DNA of 18,689 bases, taken from the NCBI GenBank assembly GCA_031372065.1, contig JANMKN010000094.1:1-18689 (forward strand), given 5' to 3'. A program made the translations under genes and the position numbers. How positions within the stretch are numbered: position 1 is the stretch's first letter; each line of letters begins with the position of its first letter. Of this stretch, positions 12,350 through 18,689 are shown in pieces. This DNA is from Abditibacteriaceae bacterium (GTDB lineage: Bacteria; Armatimonadota; Abditibacteriia; Abditibacteriales; Abditibacteriaceae). The notes under the pieces are model-generated. The model searched no databases, was not told where the DNA came from, and saw only the letters and a list, made by a program, of their open reading frames with translations.

Positions 12350-14983
12350 TTAGTTTGATCTATCGTCGTTGACGATGGTGCCAACGCCGCGTCCCCGTCC
12401 GATGGTGGAGTTCGTTGAGCCAGTTAAGAGCATATACAGCACTTCGTTGGCTTCCACGACGGTATCGCCCAAAACTGGAACGTTAAGGATTTTGCTGCTT
12501 TCGCCGGGCGCAAAGATGAGCGTGCCACTAATGCCCAAATAATCGCTGTTGGCCCGTGCGGTGCCATTGGATGTTGTGTAATTTACGGACACACTCTGGC
12601 CGCTGGGCGCCGATAAACTCACCGTGAACGCCAAATTCTTCTGGCCAAAATTGCCTTCGGTCACGATGGGATCATCAACAGTAAATGCCGGAGTGCGATC
12701 ATCGTTGAGAATCACGCCTCTGACTTGCTTTTGAATAACGCTGGCCCCAATGGGATTGGATAGATTCACGAAAAACGTTTCGTTCTGTTCATTGAGCAAG
12801 TCGCCGTTAATCAGCACGCGCGCCAGTGTTACAGTTTGGCCGGTAGTGAAGGCAATCTCCTTATCTTTCACGGTCACATAGTCGCTGTCGCCAATCGTTG
12901 TGCCATCGCTGGTCGAATAAGTCACTTTGACCAATTGGCCGCTGGGCGCCGATAAACGCAAGCGGAACACAGCGGTGCGCAAACCACTGTTGCCTTCGCC
13001 AATGCTGACTTCTTCAATAGTAATGACTGGCGCACCGTCGTCATCTTTGATGGTGCCAATGCCGCGTCCACGCCCCGCCGTGACGGGCGCATTGACTGGC
13101 GACGAGAGAACGACATAGAAAATCTCATCTACTTCGTCCACGACATCGCCAACCACCGGCACGCTGAATGTTTTGGATGTTTCACCCGGCGCGAAAGTCA
13201 GCGTTGCACCGCCCGCCGTGTAATCAGCAGGCGAACTCGCCGAACCGCTAAAAGGAACTGCGTTCACACTCACCGTCTGCGAACTGGGCGATGACAAACT
13301 GATTGTAAATGTTGCATTCGTGTTGCCGCTGTTGCCTTCGGTGACTGCAATATTGTTGATGGAAAGCGAAGGCGGGCTTTCATCGTTGACAATCGTGCCC
13401 AGCCCTTGTGCATCGGTCACCGTGGCATTCGCGGGGGCCGTCAGGTTCACGAAGAATGTTTCGTTCGCTTCATTTAAGGTGTCACCTTTGACTGGAACTG
13501 TAATGGTTTTGGTGGTGTCACCGGGCGCGAAGGTCAGAGTGCCGGTGGCAGAGGTGTAATCTGTAGGTGCTGTGGCGGTGCCATCCGCCGTTGTGTAATT
13601 AACGGTCACCGTGGTCGCCGTAGCAGCCGAAAGTGTCACGGTGAAGATGGCGTTTGCTGTGCCGGTGTTGCCTTCGGTGACAGTCACATCGTTGATAGTC
13701 AGCGAGAGCGGGGTGTTGTCGGTGATGGTCAACACAGATGTCGTGGGAGTAACTAAAGTTGCACCAACCGGCGCGGAAAGCGTGAGTCCAACCGTTTCAT
13801 TGCCTTCGGCCACGCCGTCATTGGCAACCGGCACCGAGACAGTTTTGCTGGTTTCCCCCGCCGCGAAGCTGACTGTTTGGGTGACCGATGTATAGTCGCC
13901 GGGCGCCGTTGCAGTGCCATTACTGGTGGCAAATTGCACCGAGGCGGCTCCAGTGGTATCACCTTCGCGCAGAATCGTAATGGTGGCCGAAGGCCCGCTT
14001 TCATTGACTGTATAAGTGGGCGCACTAAAACGCAGCGTCGGCACCGCAATAGCCGATAACTGCGTCGTCACATATTGTGCAAACGTTTGCGATTGACCTG
14101 CCGCCAAATCGCGCGGCGTATTAAAGCCCCAGTAGTAAACCACCGAACTATCCGTATTGCCGCCGATGTTGCTAAAGTCCCAGGCAGAGCTATCGCTGCT
14201 TCCCCAAGAGGCATAACGCAATTGATCGGGCACCGTAGGAACCGGATTCAAACCGAGATTGCCGACGCTGCCAAAGATGCTGAAAGTGGGAGTCGTCGCA
14301 TCATCCACTTCTTCAAACAAGAGAAAATTGGGATTATCAAAATTAGCGAACGTGCTGGAAAAAGTGCCATCGGGCGAACGCGGGCGAAAAAGCGAGGCGT
14401 CATTTCCAGCAATTTGCCAGTCCCACATATAACGCACGCCGAAAGCGCGAGCCGCATCACCCGTGTTGCGCACTTTGACCTGATGCAAAACGTTGGTATC
14501 GGTCAGCGTGGTGCCATTGATAACGACATCCTCTGTTACCTCTAAGTTAGGCACCACATAAACCGTGCGAAAACCATTGGTCAGGGGCGTGGTTGTCGTG
14601 GACGGGTTCACCATGCTTTGCAAGGTATACCCGGCTAAACCGGGCACCGATGGCGCGAAAACATCGTTCAGACTCAAGTTGACCCACATAATTTTGCTGG
14701 TCGCATCGCGCAGCGTAATGAAACTGGAGCCAACAGGAAAGAACACAGTTTGGTTGGGCTTGGGATGGCTTGCTCCCGTGGAAATACTGAAAATACCATT
14801 GGTGTCATCGTAGCGAACGCTCAGAATACCATTGGTTACAGTTTGCGTGGCTCTGGTCGTTATCCGGCTCGCTGCCTTGGCCGCTTTATCGGAGCTTTGC
14901 GCAGGAGAACAGAATGCAACAAGCAGCAAGGCAGCAAGAGCGGTGGCGGCAAAAACACGGTTTACGGTTTGCGTCAATTTCAT
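12350..14983 (-). CDS. Secreted/surface protein with an uncharacterised N-terminal beta-rich domain and five Calx-beta repeats
   Basis: Signal peptide (ALAALLLVAFCSPAQS). Five repeats of the form V-x-E-G-N-x-G...T-x-D/N-G-T-A...DY...F-A-P-G-E/D-T...D...E-x-N-E-T-F...TI-x-N/D-D. SD AAGAAGG. Confidence 0.9.
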   Translation of the reverse strand: MKLTQTVNRVFAATALAALLLVAFCSPAQSSDKAAKAASRITTRATQTVTNGILSVRYDDTNGIFSISTGASHPKPNQTVFFPVGSSFITLRDATSKIMWVNLSLNDVFAPSVPGLAGYTLQSMVNPSTTTTPLTNGFRTVYVVPNLEVTEDVVINGTTLTDTNVLHQVKVRNTGDAARAFGVRYMWDWQIAGNDASLFRPRSPDGTFSSTFANFDNPNFLLFEEVDDATTPTFSIFGSVGNLGLNPVPTVPDQLRYASWGSSDSSAWDFSNIGGNTDSSVVYYWGFNTPRDLAAGQSQTFAQYVTTQLSAIAVPTLRFSAPTYTVNESGPSATITILREGDTTGAASVQFATSNGTATAPGDYTSVTQTVSFAAGETSKTVSVPVANDGVAEGNETVGLTLSAPVGATLVTPTTSVLTITDNTPLSLTINDVTVTEGNTGTANAIFTVTLSAATATTVTVNYTTADGTATAPTDYTSATGTLTFAPGDTTKTITVPVKGDTLNEANETFFVNLTAPANATVTDAQGLGTIVNDESPPSLSINNIAVTEGNSGNTNATFTISLSSPSSQTVSVNAVPFSGSASSPADYTAGGATLTFAPGETSKTFSVPVVGDVVDEVDEIFYVVLSSPVNAPVTAGRGRGIGTIKDDDGAPVITIEEVSIGEGNSGLRTAVFRLRLSAPSGQLVKVTYSTSDGTTIGDSDYVTVKDKEIAFTTGQTVTLARVLINGDLLNEQNETFFVNLSNPIGASVIQKQVRGVILNDDRTPAFTVDDPIVTEGNFGQKNLAFTVSLSAPSGQSVSVNYTTSNGTARANSDYLGISGTLIFAPGESSKILNVPVLGDTVVEANEVLYMLLTGSTNSTIGRGRGVGTIVNDDRSN

Positions 14984-15053
14984 GATTCTTAACCTTCTTT
15001 AAGGCAAAACTTACGATAACAGGGCTGTTACCGCATTCAAATTGCTTTTAATT

Positions 15054-15082
15054 ATTATCGCTACCATTCACCGCCTTGACAA
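15054..15082 (-). promoter_or_regulatory. Sigma70-type promoter for the Calx-beta gene
   Basis: The minus strand reads TTGTCA (15082-15077), a 17-nt spacer, then GATAAT (15059-15054), 70 nt upstream of the start. Confidence 0.6.
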
Positions 15083-15171
15083 GAAGACACAAAGCCGCGC
15101 ATAGCGAACGATGTAGCCTTTAGAGACGGCGGCGCCTTTCATTGTGTCATTATGCTCACAAAACGATAATA

Positions 15172-18108
15172 TTAATTGGCTATTGTTCCACGAATCGCCA
15201 GATCGCCAAAACGCTCGCGGCGCAGGCAACGCAAGGCATCAATCCAGAAAATATAGGCAGCGAAAAGGCAAAGAATAATGCCAAAAACAGTCGTCGCAAC
15301 TGCCCAAAAGCCTTGCGTTGAGGTGATAATCCCCCCGAAAATCAATAGGAAAAGCCCTTGAGGAATCATCGCAAAAAAGAATAGCCATGCGCCACCATCC
15401 CCTACTCGCCTGGCGCGTGTGGCGCTCCAAACAGAACTCATGGCGTTCAACACCAAAAATGCGTGTAGCAACAGCGTTATTAAAAGCAGCAGGGGCAAAA
15501 TCGCGACTTGCCCGGCAGCGATTTCCAGCAAGCACGCCACCAAAATAAAAGGATAAAGCGCACTATGATGCCACAAGCAGGGCAGCAAGGCCGCGCCTAA
15601 ATAACCGCCGATAATTTCACTTTCGGTTAACGGTGTTAAGAATAAGAACACCATTCCGCCATTGGCGCGCTCTTTGTCGAAAATTTTGGTGTGCGAGAAC
15701 AAAGCCACTAAATTCGCGATGAAGCCAAATGCCATTGTCACTCCAAAAGCGACATCGCCCCAACCGCGCCAATGGAACACTCCCAACGCGGCTGGCCCGC
15801 TCTTTCCGAGGCTGCCAAAAAACAAAAGTGAAACGGATTTAAACACACTAACACACAAGAGAACCAATAAAATTAAGCACTGAATAAACACGAAAGAAAG
15901 CCATGCCGTGGATAAATTTTCTTCGCGCTTGGTGCGAAGGGCACGCCGTAAAATGGGATTGTCAAAAGTATCAATCCACAGCCACAATTGTTGCACTTGG
16001 CGGTCAAGAAAAGGCTGCGCAGCGTTTCTAAGGCGTTCTGCAAAATGATAAAAGCCTATCGCCCCCGTTTTAAGAGGCCGGAAGATTATTTGAAAAAATA
16101 AACCGGGCACAAACCAAATGACGCGCCAGAAAGTCGTCACGAATTTCAAGAAAACAGAAGGTTTTTTGGGGATTTCTTCTGCTGCAATAGAAATATTTCG
16201 TCGCACAAAGGTGTCTTGCGCTTGAAAGGTCAATTGATAGGCTGCGACGCCGATGAGAGATGCGAAAATCAGTTGCCATAAGGCGCCTTGTAGCGACAAT
16301 GTGGCGTCACTGTTGAGCAAGTTCAGCAGCGAGACAAAGGGCGAGAGCAGAACGTGCGGCTCGTCTTTTAAATCGAAAGGTATCGTCGCATAATGTGCCC
16401 CAGCCACGCGAAAAACCGCTTCCCATAAAAGCCCCCAAAACCAGAAAAAACGTAGGCCGTTCCAGAAATTCTGAAGCGACGCCGGAAGCACATTTTTCAA
16501 AACGAGACTGCTAAAATCAGCCAGCAAATACGCAAGCATCACGAGAATCGTGGTTAGCAAGCGCGAACGCCAAACCGCATCCATGCCGAAGGTGCCGCCG
16601 AGCCAGCACAATACAAAATAAAGTGCCGCAGGCCCCCAAAACAAACCTTTCACTTTGTGCCACGCCTTCCGGCAGCGCACCAAAGTCACTTTTTGGCGGC
16701 GCAAAACGCTTGTCTTTTTAAAAGGTGTATCAAAGACACTATGTAATCGTGCGCTAATCATCCATGTGCTGATAATTAGCAGCACCGTCCACAAGGCGGC
16801 GCGTGCCCACGAGGCGTTAATCGGCGCCCCCGGAAGCGCCGCCGCAAAGGCGCCTTTGCTAATCAGCCACGGCCACAAAAAGCCGGAGGCAAAAAACCAA
16901 AATAAAAAAGTCTGAGCGCGTTTCACTTCGCACCAGTAGCGGCCCCAGCGCCGGAATTGCAACGAATGTGAGCCAAGATAACTCAAGCGAAATGTCGAAA
17001 ACGCGGCATAACGCATAAGCAACAAACGCGGCACAAGCCACAAGCCGGGCGGTAAGGCGATGCCAAAAAACGGCAGCGGCGAGGTGAGAAATTGCACGAT
17101 AAGTAGCGGCCACGAAAAAGGAAACGACGGCAGCAAATTCCACACTTCGGGCGGCAAAAATTCGCGCCACTGCGGCAGAAGATAATTCACTGCCGAAGGC
17201 GGGACTTTAAAGCCCGCAAAGCGCGCCCAAAACATCGCAACTTGCCAGACAATGAGCAGCGTTATCGTGCCTGTCGGATCAAATTTTAAAATTGTTTGGT
17301 AGCGAGGGTCGGCGACAGGAACGAAATATTCGTCGTCCTCTTCGGGTTCATCTTCGTTTTTTTGCGTTTGATTTACTGGCGCAGCGGATATTGAAGCCTC
17401 CTCCGCTGTTGCTTCTTTCGTCGTCTCCGCGTCATCAGGCTCTTTTGGCATGACTGGCGGCGCTGGGAAAATTTCATAAAGCGGCGTCCATTCGGGAGGG
17501 CGAATTGTGAACAGCAAAAACAAAAGCGGCACACCGAGAAATTCGCGCCACGACCATTGATTTGTCGCTAAAGCCACAAGCCATAAAGGCATCAGCAAAA
17601 ACCACAACGCCATCGCCGCAAACGCTCCCGGAGCGCTGGTGAGCAGTCCGAGTCGGGTTTCGGCCAGAGGAAGGAGGAGGAGTTGATTGAAAGTTCCCGC
17701 GTTGTAGTCGCGCAGAAAAATCCGTGCGGCGCGTTGGCTATAAATCAAGGTCGCACAGCCGCACAATCCCACTGAGACAAGGGCCAGCCAAGCGATTTCG
17801 TTTTTGCTGAAGGCGCGTGTAATAAAGGCTTGATGGCGTGCTAAATCAATGATGAATGCAGTGACAGGCGTGCTATATTGTGCAGTCAGCGCCAACGCGA
17901 CGCCAATAATTAATAGCGGCCAGAAAATAAAAAGCGGCCCGCTTTTGCTGCGCCACGAACGATGCAATTCCAGCGATAAAAATGGATTGAATTGGGGCGA
18001 GGCCCAATGGAAAATCGCCGCGCCCACGCGCAACTTTCCGCGTCGCAGAGCAAAATGCAAAGAACGCCGCGAAAATTTGAAACGGGAAAAGCGCGTGGGC
18101 ATAAGCAA
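15172..18108 (-). CDS. Large polytopic membrane protein with two ABC-2-type permease-like modules
   Basis: 978 aa with many TM segments. Two copies of the permease-type motif (FLRDYNAGTFNQLLLLPL and FDKERANGGMVFLFLTPLTESEIIGG), each preceded by an NP-x-L motif (FNPFLSLE, DNPILRRA). Start is TTG 18108 or ATG 18102. Confidence 0.65.
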   Translation of the reverse strand: MLMPTRFSRFKFSRRSLHFALRRGKLRVGAAIFHWASPQFNPFLSLELHRSWRSKSGPLFIFWPLLIIGVALALTAQYSTPVTAFIIDLARHQAFITRAFSKNEIAWLALVSVGLCGCATLIYSQRAARIFLRDYNAGTFNQLLLLPLAETRLGLLTSAPGAFAAMALWFLLMPLWLVALATNQWSWREFLGVPLLFLLFTIRPPEWTPLYEIFPAPPVMPKEPDDAETTKEATAEEASISAAPVNQTQKNEDEPEEDDEYFVPVADPRYQTILKFDPTGTITLLIVWQVAMFWARFAGFKVPPSAVNYLLPQWREFLPPEVWNLLPSFPFSWPLLIVQFLTSPLPFFGIALPPGLWLVPRLLLMRYAAFSTFRLSYLGSHSLQFRRWGRYWCEVKRAQTFLFWFFASGFLWPWLISKGAFAAALPGAPINASWARAALWTVLLIISTWMISARLHSVFDTPFKKTSVLRRQKVTLVRCRKAWHKVKGLFWGPAALYFVLCWLGGTFGMDAVWRSRLLTTILVMLAYLLADFSSLVLKNVLPASLQNFWNGLRFFWFWGLLWEAVFRVAGAHYATIPFDLKDEPHVLLSPFVSLLNLLNSDATLSLQGALWQLIFASLIGVAAYQLTFQAQDTFVRRNISIAAEEIPKKPSVFLKFVTTFWRVIWFVPGLFFQIIFRPLKTGAIGFYHFAERLRNAAQPFLDRQVQQLWLWIDTFDNPILRRALRTKREENLSTAWLSFVFIQCLILLVLLCVSVFKSVSLLFFGSLGKSGPAALGVFHWRGWGDVAFGVTMAFGFIANLVALFSHTKIFDKERANGGMVFLFLTPLTESEIIGGYLGAALLPCLWHHSALYPFILVACLLEIAAGQVAILPLLLLITLLLHAFLVLNAMSSVWSATRARRVGDGGAWLFFFAMIPQGLFLLIFGGIITSTQGFWAVATTVFGIILCLFAAYIFWIDALRCLRRERFGDLAIRGTIAN

Positions 18109-18113
18109 TCAAT

Positions 18114-18602
18114 TCAATGATTGCCCGCTGTGACCCAATCCAAAACATCGGAGAATGGGCGCGCATCCCAAATGCCAAATAAAGGAGTTCGTGTAAGTTT
18201 CGCTTTGCTTAAAGCCGGGCTGGAAAGCCCACATAAAAAGCGCGCTTTTTGACGCGGCAAACCAAGCGCGTCGGGGTTAGCGCGACAAAGTTCGCTCCAT
18301 GTTTGCAGATTTAATTTGTCGGGTAATTCTGGCAATTCTTCTTCTTCGGGCATGAACGCTTCTTGTCCGGTGCGGCAAAAAGAACAATGACCGCACGGCG
18401 CTTCGCGGGCTTCGCCAAAATAAGCAGTTAAGGCGTTGGTCTGGCAGCTATCGAGTTCAATAAGTTCCAAAACCTGTCCCAAACGCTCGATTTCGCGCGC
18501 TTCGCGGTTATCGAAACGGCGCGTTAGTTCAGTCACTAATTCGTCGGTATTTTCAGTTTCGCGTTGGCGCGTGTAGCGCTGGCGCACATCGCTGGCCGTC
18601 AG
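18114..18602 (-). CDS. recQ: C-terminal part of a RecQ-family ATP-dependent DNA helicase (Zn-binding domain); helicase core absent
   Basis: CQTNALTAYFGE-x4-PCGHCSFC is a RecQ zinc-binding signature, followed by ARFLCGLSSP...LFG. Resemblance appears to end near 18602. Confidence 0.7.
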   Translation of the reverse strand: MTASDVRQRYTRQRETENTDELVTELTRRFDNREAREIERLGQVLELIELDSCQTNALTAYFGEAREAPCGHCSFCRTGQEAFMPEEEELPELPDKLNLQTWSELCRANPDALGLPRQKARFLCGLSSPALSKAKLTRTPLFGIWDARPFSDVLDWVTAGNH

Positions 18603-18689
18603 GTTCAACTCATCTTTCATATGGGGGCTATTTCTGACACAACGGAGAAAGATGTTGATTTGATTTTGAACCAGAATTACCGCTTGACC
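18603..18689 (+). pseudogene. hldD: Internal fragment of ADP-L-glycero-D-manno-heptose 6-epimerase
   Basis: The plus frame from 18603 reads VQLIFHMGAISDTTEKDVDLILNQNYRLT, matching the HldD/RfaD motif IFH-x-GA-x-S-x-TTE-x-D...N-Y/F. The N-terminal Rossmann GxxGxxG part is missing. Confidence 0.72.

Overview
Bacterial chromosomal window. The DUF1559 prepilin-like, ASPIC/UnbV and multi-Calx-beta genes suggest Abditibacteriota/Armatimonadota (inference only). From left to right it holds: a short TIM-barrel (IolE/MocC-like) gene fragment; a degenerate 11 x 21-bp tandem array; a five-gene envelope metal-handling operon (DUF2946/CruR/CutF-like leader ending in RGPP, exported two-domain HMA protein, His-His outer-membrane beta-barrel, PRX-like thioredoxin-fold lipoprotein, exported GMTCxxC HMA protein) with two REP-like palindromes and a terminator; mfd, carrying two 7-bp tandem-repeat inserts; sbtAB bicarbonate uptake genes divergent from a small winged-helix regulator, with a near-consensus promoter and a palindromic operator; an FG-GAP/ASPIC-UnbV lipoprotein; a DUF1559 prepilin-like protein; a secreted 5x Calx-beta protein; a 978-aa double ABC-2-like membrane protein; and the 3' part of a RecQ-family helicase joined abruptly to an hldD fragment. 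The best candidate for a new system is the metal operon. Its RGPP arrest codons sit 3 nt upstream of a perfect 10-bp hairpin that hides the next gene's Shine-Dalgarno, so a ribosome-stalling switch appears to control a cargo not usually linked to such leaders. Both window ends look chimeric. Family assignments come from recognised motifs, not database searches.
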